Positions 29,033 to 38,476 of a stretch of DNA of 64,000 nt are shown here, piece by piece. Positions within the stretch are counted from its first letter, which is position 1. Each line of letters begins with the position of its first letter. Under the pieces are notes generated by a model. It made no database searches. It saw nothing but the letters and a program-made list of their open reading frames with translations, and was not told the DNA's origin. The DNA comes from Abditibacterium sp. (GTDB lineage: Bacteria > Armatimonadota > Abditibacteriia > Abditibacteriales > Abditibacteriaceae): the NCBI GenBank assembly GCA_965199495.1, contig CBDASK010000003.1, forward strand, positions 2,112,001-2,176,000, read 5' to 3'. A program made the translations under genes and the position numbers.

Positions 29033-30307
29033 ATGCAATTTTCTCCTAAAAACGAAGCCGCCGCGCAGGCGAACGTTCATCTTTATAACGACGATGGCAA
29101 CTACGAACAAGGCGAGCCTTCCGCCGAAGATTTGAAATTAAAAACGCACGAACAAACATTGGCGAGCGAGCTTCAGGGCGCGTGGCATGGTTTGACTTTG
29201 CCGCTCGAAGAAAACGTGCAGGTCGGCGCGCCGCAGTGCCAACGCTGCGAAGTGTTGCCGCGTCCGATGACCGAAGCCGGTCGTTTGGAACTGCGCTTTC
29301 CTCACACGTTCACCTTGGGCAAAACGCTCGAATTTTTGCTCACCAACAAGTGGAAACACTCGCAGCAGGAGGGTTTAGTCAGCATTGGCGTGCCCGCCGG
29401 AATGTTGCCGACGCTGGTTTCGGCGTTGAGCGAACTCATGTCGGGGCCGGAGCAGCGCGACGTGCGCGCGGTTTTCCATTTTGCCGAAGATTTGGTGCAA
29501 AAAGCCGATTACTTCGAGGTCGAATCGTTTCCCGATTTCGTCGAGGAAGTGCGCGCGACGTGGCTGGTCGAAATTCTGCGCGCACAATCTATTTATTCGG
29601 TGTTTCAGCCGATTGTGCGGATGCCGCCAATGGGTGCAACTCCCGAAGTTTTTGGCTACGAATGTTTGATGCGCGGTCAACATAATGGTCAGGTCGTCGC
29701 GCCCAACACCATGTTGCAAATGGCGCGCGGCGCCGATTTAATTTTCCAGCTCGATTTGGCGGCGCGTCGTTCGGCGCTCGTCAGCGCCGGGCGTTATGGC
29801 ATCAAAGAGAAAGTGTTCATCAACTTTTCGCCCAATGCGATTTACGATCCGTGGCATTGTTTGCGTTCGACGGTGAACACCGTCGAGGAAGTCGGTTTGA
29901 CGCGCGAGCAAGTCGTGTTTGAAATCACCGAAACCGAGCGTTTGCCCAGCATCAAACATTTGCGGCGCATCTTGGATTTTTACCGCGAAGAGGGTTTTCA
30001 GGTGGCTTTGGATGATGTCGGTTCGGGTTATTCGTCGCTCAACGTTTTGGTCGAACTCAAACCCGATTTCGTCAAGTTGGACATGGATTTGGTGCGCGAT
30101 GTTGACCGTGACAAAACCAAAACGATTGTGGCGCGCAAGCTCATCGAAACCGTGAGCGAACTGGAACTTTTGACCATCGCCGAAGGCATCGAGCGGCCCG
30201 AAGAATTGAATTGGGTGCGCGCGAGCGGCGCCGATTTCGCGCAGGGCTACTTTTTTGCGCGCCCCGCCGTGCCGCCACCTGCCATTGCGGGTGCGATGAA
30301 TTTATAG
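29033..30307 (+). CDS. EAL-domain c-di-GMP phosphodiesterase
   Basis: FQPIV, YECLMR, INFS, FEITE, LDDVGSGYSS, KLD, AEGIE and QGYFF. Confidence 0.92.
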   Translation: MQFSPKNEAAAQANVHLYNDDGNYEQGEPSAEDLKLKTHEQTLASELQGAWHGLTLPLEENVQVGAPQCQRCEVLPRPMTEAGRLELRFPHTFTLGKTLEFLLTNKWKHSQQEGLVSIGVPAGMLPTLVSALSELMSGPEQRDVRAVFHFAEDLVQKADYFEVESFPDFVEEVRATWLVEILRAQSIYSVFQPIVRMPPMGATPEVFGYECLMRGQHNGQVVAPNTMLQMARGADLIFQLDLAARRSALVSAGRYGIKEKVFINFSPNAIYDPWHCLRSTVNTVEEVGLTREQVVFEITETERLPSIKHLRRILDFYREEGFQVALDDVGSGYSSLNVLVELKPDFVKLDMDLVRDVDRDKTKTIVARKLIETVSELELLTIAEGIERPEELNWVRASGADFAQGYFFARPAVPPPAIAGAMNL

Positions 30308-30383
30308 TGCCCAAACGTATGCGCGAAGCGTTCAAACTGATAGCCTAAATAAGAGCGATTTCTTCGGGAAATCCGTTATCTTT

Positions 30384-31370
30384 ATGCAGACTACCGCATT
30401 TCTGGGCGTGGCCCACATTCATACTCCCGGTTTCATCGGCACCATCAAAAAGCGTGACGATGTGACCTGCAAATACGTCCAGGACAACGACGCCGCGCGC
30501 GCCCAAAAACGCGCCGACGAACTGGGCGCCAAAGTCGCCGACGTTGACACGATTTTAGCTGACAAAGAAGTCACCAGCGTGATTATTTGTAGCGAAACCA
30601 GTTTGCACACTTCACTCGTCGAGCGCGCGGCGCAAGCGGGCAAAAATATCTTCGCCGAAAAACCGCTCGCCACGACGCAGGAAGATGCCGAGCGTATGGC
30701 GGCGGCCATCGAAAAGGCGGGCGTTTTGTTCCAGACCGGCTTTTTCATGCGCGGCTGGCCTTCGTGTCAGTTCATCAAACAGGAAGTCGAGGCGGGCCAT
30801 TTGGGCACCGTCACGCGCATGAGCTACACCAATTGCCATCAGGGCGCGTTGGGCGGTTGGTTCGATAGCGAATGGCGCTGGATCGCCGACAAAAAATTGG
30901 CGGGCGGCGGCGGTTTCGCCGATTTGGGCGCGCACGCCCTCGACATCGTTTTGTGGTGCCTGACGCCGACTTGCGGCCCGGTCGTCAAGACCGCCGCGAC
31001 ATTGGGCAACGCGACCGGGCGTTACGGCGATTTGAGCCAGATTGACGAATGGGGCGTCGGTCTCGTCACTTTTGAAAGCGGCGCCGTCGGCATCGTGCAG
31101 GCGGGCTGGGTTGACCCGAAAGGTTCGACGCCGGTCGAGGTTCACGGCACCAAAGGCCACATCATCGTGCGCGATAACAAAGTGTTTTATTTCTCGGAAG
31201 CCGTCGAGGGCGCCGACGGCGGCGAATGGACGGATTTGCCCGCCGAGAAGTCCAACGGTTTTAGTGCGTTCTGGGACAAACTCGAAGGCAAAGGCGACGT
31301 GGCTCTGGTTACGGTGCAACAAGCCGCGCAGGAAAGCAGCGTGATGGCGCGCTTGTATGATTCGGTTTAA
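30384..31370 (+). CDS. Gfo/Idh/MocA family oxidoreductase
   Basis: AGKNIFAEKPLA and GGGGFADLGAHALD. Confidence 0.9.
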   Translation: MQTTAFLGVAHIHTPGFIGTIKKRDDVTCKYVQDNDAARAQKRADELGAKVADVDTILADKEVTSVIICSETSLHTSLVERAAQAGKNIFAEKPLATTQEDAERMAAAIEKAGVLFQTGFFMRGWPSCQFIKQEVEAGHLGTVTRMSYTNCHQGALGGWFDSEWRWIADKKLAGGGGFADLGAHALDIVLWCLTPTCGPVVKTAATLGNATGRYGDLSQIDEWGVGLVTFESGAVGIVQAGWVDPKGSTPVEVHGTKGHIIVRDNKVFYFSEAVEGADGGEWTDLPAEKSNGFSAFWDKLEGKGDVALVTVQQAAQESSVMARLYDSV

Positions 31371-31382
31371 TTTTTCGATAAG

Positions 31383-31483
31383 CCCGTAGAGACGCCGATT
31401 TATCGCGTCTAAAACGTAAATGAACTCGCGAAATTTGCGGGAATATTCAAGATTTAGACGCGATAAATCGGCGTCTCTACGGG
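31383..31483. repeat. GTAG-type REP doublet
   Basis: Perfect arms CCCGTAGAGACGCCGATTTATCGCGTCTAAA; same family as 2939-3032. Confidence 0.85.
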
Positions 31484-31529
31484 ACGCGGGCGATATTTTA
31501 CGCGAGTCAAAGTTTCAAACTCCCAATTT

Positions 31530-32687
31530 ATGACCTCCGAAACTCCCCACGCCGCGCTTCCGGTGCGACAGCGCGGCACGCTCGAAATCATTGATACGGC
31601 GCTGAAACTCTACCGGCGCTATTTTGGCGTGTTGATGGGTTGGTCGGCGCTGGTCATTTTCGCCTCGATCATTACTTATCCGGTTGGTTTCGTGCTGGCC
31701 TATCCGTTGATGGCCGGAGTCTGTTCGTGTGCCATCGCGGCGGCGGTGCGCGGTCAGCGCATTTCGTTTGGTCAGGGCTGGGATTTCTCCAAGCCGCGCT
31801 ATGGCGCGCTCGTGCTTATTACTTTTGTCCAAGGTCTGCTCTTGAGCGCGGGCATCGGCGTTATTTCGCTGCTGTGCGTGTTACTCGCGGCGGCGGGCGC
31901 GTGGTTGCTCAGTGCCATTGGAACGCCCGATTCGGTGACCGCCGTTGTGGCGATTGTCGGCATGATCGCCGCCGTTCTGGTGTTCAGCATTTTGAGCGTT
32001 TTGGTTTACGCGTGGCTGGGATTGGTGCCGATTATCGCCTGTTTGGAAGACGACCACCGCAGCCTGAGCGCGATGAGCCGTGCGTGGACTTTGATGAAAG
32101 GCAGTTGGGGCCGCGTGCTGGGCCTTTCGACGCTTTTATCCATCGCGATTACGGCAGTTTCGGGCATCGTTATCGGCACATTGGCGCTGTTGGGAGAAAG
32201 TCTTAACGTGTTTAGTTCCAATTCTTCTGTTTCGTCAATAATCGGCTTGGGTCTCGCTTACATGGGGTTTTTCGGCGCGTTCTTTTTGTTCTGGAACCCG
32301 ATTCAAAACCTGATTTTGGCCGTGCTTTACCTCGATTTGCGCGTTCGCAACGAGGCGCTCGATTTGGAGTGGAGTTCCTACGCCTCGGCTCCCCTACCCG
32401 TCGAAAACGCCGAATCCAACGCCGTTCAAGTGGCGCCGACTGCGCCCGAATTGGTGCAACAACTTGCGGCTAATCCGCTCGATATTAACGATTCGCCCGC
32501 GTCCTTGTCTGCCGCACCGCCAATGAGACCGCCCGCTCCGACGCCAGCAAATATCGAAATCGAACCGGTTGTGATTGCCAAACCGCCCGCGCCGCAAGCA
32601 GCCACTGCGCCCGAACCGTTCGATTTTTCGAGTTCGTTTAGCGCGGGAGCTGCGCCGGATGTCGAGGGAAAAGACGCATTGTCGTGA
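31530..32687 (+). CDS. Membrane protein of the MoxR/DUF4129 cluster
   Basis: Several TM helices, EIID.A..LYR at the N-terminus, AMSRAWTL, LYLDLRVRNEALDL and a Pro-rich tail. Confidence 0.75.
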   Translation: MTSETPHAALPVRQRGTLEIIDTALKLYRRYFGVLMGWSALVIFASIITYPVGFVLAYPLMAGVCSCAIAAAVRGQRISFGQGWDFSKPRYGALVLITFVQGLLLSAGIGVISLLCVLLAAAGAWLLSAIGTPDSVTAVVAIVGMIAAVLVFSILSVLVYAWLGLVPIIACLEDDHRSLSAMSRAWTLMKGSWGRVLGLSTLLSIAITAVSGIVIGTLALLGESLNVFSSNSSVSSIIGLGLAYMGFFGAFFLFWNPIQNLILAVLYLDLRVRNEALDLEWSSYASAPLPVENAESNAVQVAPTAPELVQQLAANPLDINDSPASLSAAPPMRPPAPTPANIEIEPVVIAKPPAPQAATAPEPFDFSSSFSAGAAPDVEGKDALS

Positions 32688-32700
32688 TTTAATTTTCCTT

Positions 32701-32790
32701 CGACAACAGCGGGGCTGACGCACCCTTCCAATCGGCGTGCTTGGGAAGAAATCCGCCGATTGGAAGGGTGCGTCAGCCCCGCTGTTGTCG
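32701..32790. repeat. Inverted repeat of the GATTGGAAG-core family
   Basis: Perfect 37-bp arms CGACAACAGCGGGGCTGACGCACCCTTCCAATCGGCG. Confidence 0.85.
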
Positions 32791-32855
32791 CCTCTATGCT
32801 GTATAGAAAGAGAGTCACGCCCCAACGAGTTTTGAGAAAATTCTCTCACACGATC

Positions 32856-34043
32856 ATGCGAACTTCTCCGCCTTCTCGCGCCCGTTTTTTCGCCTCGGTT
32901 TTGTGCGCGCTTTTGGCGTTGGCGGCGCCGTCAAATGCGCAAACGCCGCTCGCGGCGGCGGGCAAAACGGCCAAGCCAATCACGGTTTCGGTTGACCAAT
33001 ATCGCGCGCAACGCGTCAAGGCGCGCGATGACCTGGCGAAGTTGGCGGCGCGCACGGGCGGCGGCGCGCGCAATGCGACCAAGATTGTCAAAGCGCTCGA
33101 CAAAGCGCAAATTGTCAAGCGCGCCGATGGGCAAACGCAAAGCGCCAACGGCAATCGCTGGAGCGCCCTGACGGCGGGCGTTTTGCCGCTCGGCGCGGGC
33201 GAGGATTACGATATCAAAGCGCTCCAGCGCGACGAAATTAAGCAATTACAACGCGACTTGGACGCCGAAATCGCCGAAGTTGACGCCTGGAACACGCGCA
33301 CGAACGGCGCTTATTACGCGCCGGTTGACGCGGGCGCGATCATTCGGGACTTGGAAAAGAGCGGGCAAATTCGCACTGGCCCGACGTGGTTGCAATTGCA
33401 GTGGCAGAACTTGAAAAAGTGGGGATTGGGCATTTTAGAAAAGTTTTTCAAATGGCTCGGCAGCCTGTTTCCCTCGTTTGCGCCGCGCGCGGGCGGCGGC
33501 TCGTTGCCCAATTTGAGTTGGCTCATTTTCGTATTCTGGGCGCTCATCGCGTCGCTATTGGCGTTTTTGTTGTTGGCGGCTTATCGCGCGTTCGCGGGCA
33601 ACATTCGCTGGGGCGGGCGCCGTCGCAAGAAAAACGAAGAACAACTCGAAGGCGAGGACGCCGAACTTTTGCTGTTGCCACCCGATGAATTGGCCGAGCG
33701 TGCCGCGCAATTCGCGAGCGAGGGCAACTTCCGCGAGGCGCTACGCCATCGTTATATCGCGCTTTTGCTGCGCCTCGACGGGCGCGGCGTGTGGCGCTAC
33801 GACACGCGGCGCACCAACTGGGAACACATCGCGGCGTTGCGGCGCGGCGACGCCGAATTGGTGGGGGCCAACGCGCAAATCGTGGCGCCGCTTTCGGATT
33901 TGACGCGCCGCTTCGACCGCGTGCGCTACGGTGGCGCGCCCTGCGACAGCGCGCATTGGCAACAGTTCGCCGCCGACGCGCACTCGCTCGAATCGAGCGC
34001 GGGCACAACTCAAGCGCGCGAAATGGTGGGGGCATCGCGATGA
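32856..34043 (+). CDS. DUF4129 domain protein
   Basis: Signal peptide, TM helix, GNFREALR..Y..LL..L, RTNWE and FDRVRYG. Confidence 0.8.
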   Translation: MRTSPPSRARFFASVLCALLALAAPSNAQTPLAAAGKTAKPITVSVDQYRAQRVKARDDLAKLAARTGGGARNATKIVKALDKAQIVKRADGQTQSANGNRWSALTAGVLPLGAGEDYDIKALQRDEIKQLQRDLDAEIAEVDAWNTRTNGAYYAPVDAGAIIRDLEKSGQIRTGPTWLQLQWQNLKKWGLGILEKFFKWLGSLFPSFAPRAGGGSLPNLSWLIFVFWALIASLLAFLLLAAYRAFAGNIRWGGRRRKKNEEQLEGEDAELLLLPPDELAERAAQFASEGNFREALRHRYIALLLRLDGRGVWRYDTRRTNWEHIAALRRGDAELVGANAQIVAPLSDLTRRFDRVRYGGAPCDSAHWQQFAADAHSLESSAGTTQAREMVGASR

Positions 34044-35290
34044 AGAAATCCAACAAAAATCGCTGGCTGCTGGGCGGCTTGCTCGTCGTGCTTTTGCTGG
34101 TCGCGGGCGTGGTATCGCGGGCGCGACAAAACGCGTTCGTCTTGTTGCCCGCCGCCGCTTTCGCCGACGCCAAACCGACGGGCGGCAAAGGTTTGGCGCT
34201 CTTGCTCAATCGCATCGGCTACCAATCGAAAGTGCAGGACGCGCCGCTCCAAACGATGCCGCCGGACGCGCGCGTCTGGCTGATGCTCGGCCCCGACAAC
34301 AGCTTTACCGCGCGCGAATCGAAACTTTTGCTCGATTGGGTCAAGGCGGGCGGCACGCTGGTTTATAGCGTGGGGCGCGGCGATTTGTTCGAGATGCAGC
34401 TCAACCCGTATGCCGACAAAAAGCCCGCCGCGACGGGCGTCGAAAAGTTGGCCGACGAACTGAAAGTCAGCTCAACCGCGCCCGATTTCGGGGGCGCGGG
34501 CGTCGCCAGCGATTTGCCCGAACTGCCAAAAATCGCGCTCGACGTGCCCTCGAACGCGCGCGCGGGCGTGAAAAACGCGGTCGGCCCCGGCGGCAACTTC
34601 GGAGTCAAACGCAGCCACGTCGAAGTCGCGAGCGCGCCGGGCGGAACAATCGCGCGTATGCCTTTGGGCAAAGGTCAAGTGTGGGCCGTGCCCAACGCGT
34701 GGATGTTCACCAATTACGGCCTGTCCAAACCCGATAACGCCGTTTTGGTCACCAACCTTTTGCGCGCGCAATCGCCGCCGCTCGGCGAGCGCAAAGTCGT
34801 CTATTTTGACGAGCGCAACCACGATGAATCGGAGCGCCCGCCCGTGCCCGACACGCTTATTAACCGCTTGAAACAGCCGCCGATTTCGACGGCGCTATGG
34901 CAACTTTTTTTCGCCGGAGTTTTGCTATGGATTTTCGCCGCGCGTCGTTTGGGCGCGGCGGTTCCGCTCCCGACGCGTGGCCCGGTGACGCGTGCCTCGC
35001 AGTTCGCGCAAGCGATGGGCGCGCTGTTTTCCAAGAACTCGCGCCCCGCCGCCGCCGCCGACATCATCGGCCAAGATTTCCGCAAACGTTTGGGCGCGCG
35101 CGTCGGGCTTTCGCCGGGGGAAAACGACATGGTTTTGGCCCGCCGCGCGCACGAATTGAGCGGCGTGCCCATTGATGTCGTGGATCGTCTGCTGCTGCAA
35201 ACGCGCACGCCCGCGACCAGCGAAGCACAAGCGTTGCGCGACGCGCAGGAAATGGACGCGGTTTTGAAACGTTTGGAGGGCAAAGTTTAG
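34040..35290 (+). CDS. DUF4350 domain protein
   Basis: N-terminal TM helix, LLDWVKAGGTLV, LGKGQV, FTNYGL..DNA, FDE..H and RRLG; ATGA overlap with the DUF4129 gene. Confidence 0.78.
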   Translation: MKKSNKNRWLLGGLLVVLLLVAGVVSRARQNAFVLLPAAAFADAKPTGGKGLALLLNRIGYQSKVQDAPLQTMPPDARVWLMLGPDNSFTARESKLLLDWVKAGGTLVYSVGRGDLFEMQLNPYADKKPAATGVEKLADELKVSSTAPDFGGAGVASDLPELPKIALDVPSNARAGVKNAVGPGGNFGVKRSHVEVASAPGGTIARMPLGKGQVWAVPNAWMFTNYGLSKPDNAVLVTNLLRAQSPPLGERKVVYFDERNHDESERPPVPDTLINRLKQPPISTALWQLFFAGVLLWIFAARRLGAAVPLPTRGPVTRASQFAQAMGALFSKNSRPAAAADIIGQDFRKRLGARVGLSPGENDMVLARRAHELSGVPIDVVDRLLLQTRTPATSEAQALRDAQEMDAVLKRLEGKV

Positions 35291-35309
35291 GGAAAATTTC
35301 CACGCAAAA

Positions 35310-35413
35310 GCTCGCTTACGTTTTGCGGGGCTTGCGCCCTCTTCCAATCGTTGGTCTTTCGAGAAACTTTTCTGATTGGAAGAGGGCGCAAGCTCCGCAA
35401 AACGTAAGCGAGC
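35310..35413. repeat. Inverted repeat of the GATTGGAAG-core family
   Basis: 40-bp arms with one mismatch at 35310-35349 and 35374-35413. Confidence 0.85.
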
Positions 35414-35488
35414 GCACAAAGTGATGAACCGGCCTTCTTTTGAAGCCGCAACGAGCCGCCGCGCATATCGTAAAATTTCTCTCGGAAT

Positions 35489-36517
35489 ATGTCCCAAAAC
35501 CAATCGCCCCAAATCGAACCCGCAACCCCAGCCACGCCGACCGAAGTCGAAGTGAATCGCGGCACCACGACGCCTGTGCAAGAATTGGTCGCGGCGGTGC
35601 GCGGCGAAGTGCGTAAAGCCGTCGTCGGTCAAGACGATGTCATCGGCCAATTTCTCGTTGCCCTACTCGTCGGTGGCCACGTTTTGCTCGAAGGCGTGCC
35701 CGGCGTGGCTAAGACTTTGACCGCCAAATCGTTGGCGCAAAGCATCAACGCCGAATTCAAACGCATCCAATTCACGCCCGACTTGATGCCGTCCGACGTG
35801 GTCGGAACCAACGTTTTCAACGTCAAAACGCAGGATTTCAATCTCAAAGAAGGCCCGGTTTTTACCGACATTCTGCTGGCCGACGAAATCAATCGCACAC
35901 CGCCCAAAACGCAGGCGTCGCTGCTCGAAGCGATGCAGGAACGCAGCGTCACCATTGACGGCACTTCGCGCCCACTATCGCCGCTATTTATCGTTTTCGC
36001 CACGCAAAATCCCCTCGATTACGAAGGCACCTATCCTCTGCCCGAAGCGCAGGTTGACCGATTTTTGATCAAAGTTTTAATGGATTATCCCAGCGCCGAA
36101 CAAGAGATGCAACTGCTGGATCGCGTGCATCGCGGCTTCGATGCGCACGAGCTTTCGACAGTTGGACTTCGCGGCGTGACGAGCAAGGAAACGATTTTGC
36201 GCGCGCGTCGAGCGGTGCAACAAGTCACTGTCAGCGAGGGCATGGTGCGCTATATTTATCAGATTATCGCGCGCACGCGCAACATGGCGAACCTGACTTT
36301 GGGCGCCTCGCCACGCGCGGGCATCGCTCTGCTCGAATGTTCCAAGGCGCTGGCCGCGATGAACGGGCGCGATTACATCATTCCCGAAGATGTGAAGGCA
36401 ATGGCGCCGCCGGTTTTGCGTCACCGTTTGCTGTTGCGCGCCGAAAGCGAAATGGAAGGTCTGCGCGCCGACGACGTAATTCGCTCGCTCTTGGGCGCCG
36501 TCGAAGTCCCGCGTTGA
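35489..36517 (+). CDS. moxR: MoxR-family AAA+ ATPase
   Basis: GHVLLEGVPGVAKT, RIQFTPDLMPSD, LADEINRTPPKTQ, ATQNP and GTYPLPEAQ. Confidence 0.95.
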   Translation: MSQNQSPQIEPATPATPTEVEVNRGTTTPVQELVAAVRGEVRKAVVGQDDVIGQFLVALLVGGHVLLEGVPGVAKTLTAKSLAQSINAEFKRIQFTPDLMPSDVVGTNVFNVKTQDFNLKEGPVFTDILLADEINRTPPKTQASLLEAMQERSVTIDGTSRPLSPLFIVFATQNPLDYEGTYPLPEAQVDRFLIKVLMDYPSAEQEMQLLDRVHRGFDAHELSTVGLRGVTSKETILRARRAVQQVTVSEGMVRYIYQIIARTRNMANLTLGASPRAGIALLECSKALAAMNGRDYIIPEDVKAMAPPVLRHRLLLRAESEMEGLRADDVIRSLLGAVEVPR

Positions 36518-36539
36518 TCAGGGAAAGAATGGCGCGACG

Positions 36540-36673
36540 TGTCATTTCGAGCGAAGCCGAGAAATCTTTCGCCCGCGCGGCAGCGCAAGTTCAAGCAGTT
36601 TTCATATTTCGGCTCTTGCATTCATTCCGCTGGCGCGGGGCCGAAAGATTTCTCGGCTTCGCTCGAAATGACA
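36540..36673. repeat. TGTCATT-type (CGTC-like) REP doublet
   Basis: Arms TGTCATTTCGAGCGAAGCCGAGAAATCTTTCG and CGAAAGATTTCTCGGCTTCGCTCGAAATGACA. Confidence 0.85.
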
Positions 36674-36725
36674 ACGTGACTTCAAAGCAAAAGCGCAAAT
36701 TTTTCCCTGTTCCCTGTTTCCCATC

Positions 36726-37499
36726 TCACCGATTCATCAGCCAAATCGTCGTGGCCAGAGCGGCGAACAAAATCGAATCGCACCTGTCCAGCACGCCGCC
36801 GTGGCCGGGGAGTAAGGTGCCCAAATCTTTGACGCCCAACTCGCGCTTCCAAAACGATTCGGCCAAATCGCCGAAGATCGTGGCGAATCCTAAAATCAGG
36901 CCCAAACCCAAGCCTTGCGCGACGGGAATATGCAGCATAAATCCCAGACCCGCGCCCACCAAAACCGAGAAGAAAATGCCGCCCAACGCGCCCTCGCGCG
37001 TTTTGCCGGGCGAAAGCGAAATCAATTTGTTTTTTCCAATCGCGCGCCCAACATAATAAGCGGCGGTATCGTTGGCCCACACGCAACCGAGCATCAGCCA
37101 CAGCCAATTGCCGTGTTCGCGGAGCGGCGGCAACAAGGCGAAAAGCGCCACGTAAACCGTCGCCAACAGCGTGACCGCAATCGAGGCGAGCGAAAATCGC
37201 GCAGTTGTATCGTAAAATAAGACGCTGACGATAAATAAAATCGCCAGCGTCGAAGCGGCCCACAGCGCCGAAATGCCCCACCAGACCGCGCAAAAAACCG
37301 AGACGTAAGCCACAGCGCCCATCAACTGCGTGCCGCGATAATCTTCGCTACGCCCCATCGCGTTTTGCAGCTCGCGCAGTCCCATCAACGAAAGCGCCAA
37401 AACGAACAGTTTGAACGGCGCGCCGCCCCACCAGACGAGTGCCAGCACGAGCGGAATGCCGACGAGCGCAGTGAGAATTCGCGGAGAAATTTTGGACAT
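36726..37499 (-). CDS. cdsA: Phosphatidate cytidylyltransferase
   Basis: WANDTAAYYVG, SPGKTREG and GDLAESFWKR..GVKD.G.LLPGHGGVLDRCDS. Confidence 0.95.
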   Translation of the reverse strand: MSKISPRILTALVGIPLVLALVWWGGAPFKLFVLALSLMGLRELQNAMGRSEDYRGTQLMGAVAYVSVFCAVWWGISALWAASTLAILFIVSVLFYDTTARFSLASIAVTLLATVYVALFALLPPLREHGNWLWLMLGCVWANDTAAYYVGRAIGKNKLISLSPGKTREGALGGIFFSVLVGAGLGFMLHIPVAQGLGLGLILGFATIFGDLAESFWKRELGVKDLGTLLPGHGGVLDRCDSILFAALATTIWLMNR

Positions 37500-37583
37500 A
37501 AATAGCGGAAGCTGCGTTTGCGGCGCGGTGGCTGCTCTTGAGTTAAACGCAATCGCGTCCGGCGACAAACGCAACGTATTTCT

Positions 37584-38393
37584 TCACCCGTCTAACCGCG
37601 CAATTAACTCGTTCAAATCGTTCAACAAAACATCCGGCTTTTCCTCGCCCTGCGCCGCGCGCGCGGTTTCCCAACCGACAACGCCCGTCGCGACCCACAC
37701 GCTGGCGATGCCCGCGCGATGCGCGCACGCGATGTCGGTATCGAGGCGGTCGCCGACCATCACGACTTCGCTGAATTGCAAACCGGCATCGGCGACGATT
37801 TGCTGCAACATCGTCGGCTGCGGTTTGCCCATTGTCGCGGGCGCTTGGCCGCTCGCGGTTTCGATGGCGGCGACGACGGCGCCCGCGCCCGGTAATACGC
37901 CGTTTTCGACGGGGAAAGTCGCGTCGCGGTTGGTCGCCACCCAAAGCGCGCCGCTCAAAATATAGGTTTGTGCGCGTGCCAAGTCGGCGTAACAAAACTC
38001 GCGCGCCAGACCAGCCACGACGGCGATGACATCTTCCAAATCGCCGCTATTGCGCTGCGTGACTTCAAAACCCGCGCTTTCCAGTTGCGCGCGAAGTCCG
38101 GCCTCGCCGACGATGAAAATGCGCCCGCCTCCAGGGAACTTGGCGCGCAAATACGAAACGGCGATGGTCGTCGAAGTTACGATGTCGGCGGGCGCAGCAC
38201 GAATGCCCAGCTTGCCCAGTTTGTCGGCGAAGTATTGCGGCGTGCGCGTCGAATTGTTGGACGCAAACATCGCGCGGCAACCGCGCGCCTGCAATGCAGC
38301 CACGGCGGCGGCGGCGCCGGGAATGACGCTGTCACCGCGCCAGATTACGCCGTCCAAATCGAAGACCCAAATTTTAAATTGCGAAAGATTCAC
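37584..38393 (-). CDS. HAD-IIA family phosphatase (NagD-like)
   Basis: FDLDGV, SNNS, TNRD, GKP and MVGDRLDTDI. The start is uncertain (GTG 38393 chosen). Confidence 0.9.
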   Translation of the reverse strand: MNLSQFKIWVFDLDGVIWRGDSVIPGAAAAVAALQARGCRAMFASNNSTRTPQYFADKLGKLGIRAAPADIVTSTTIAVSYLRAKFPGGGRIFIVGEAGLRAQLESAGFEVTQRNSGDLEDVIAVVAGLAREFCYADLARAQTYILSGALWVATNRDATFPVENGVLPGAGAVVAAIETASGQAPATMGKPQPTMLQQIVADAGLQFSEVVMVGDRLDTDIACAHRAGIASVWVATGVVGWETARAAQGEEKPDVLLNDLNELIARLDG

Positions 38394-38476
38394 TGCGCCT
38401 AAATTTAGCACATTTTCCAAAGGCGGAATCGAAAATTGCAATTGTAGAAAGCGCGCCAATCAGGGAAAATAGAGCC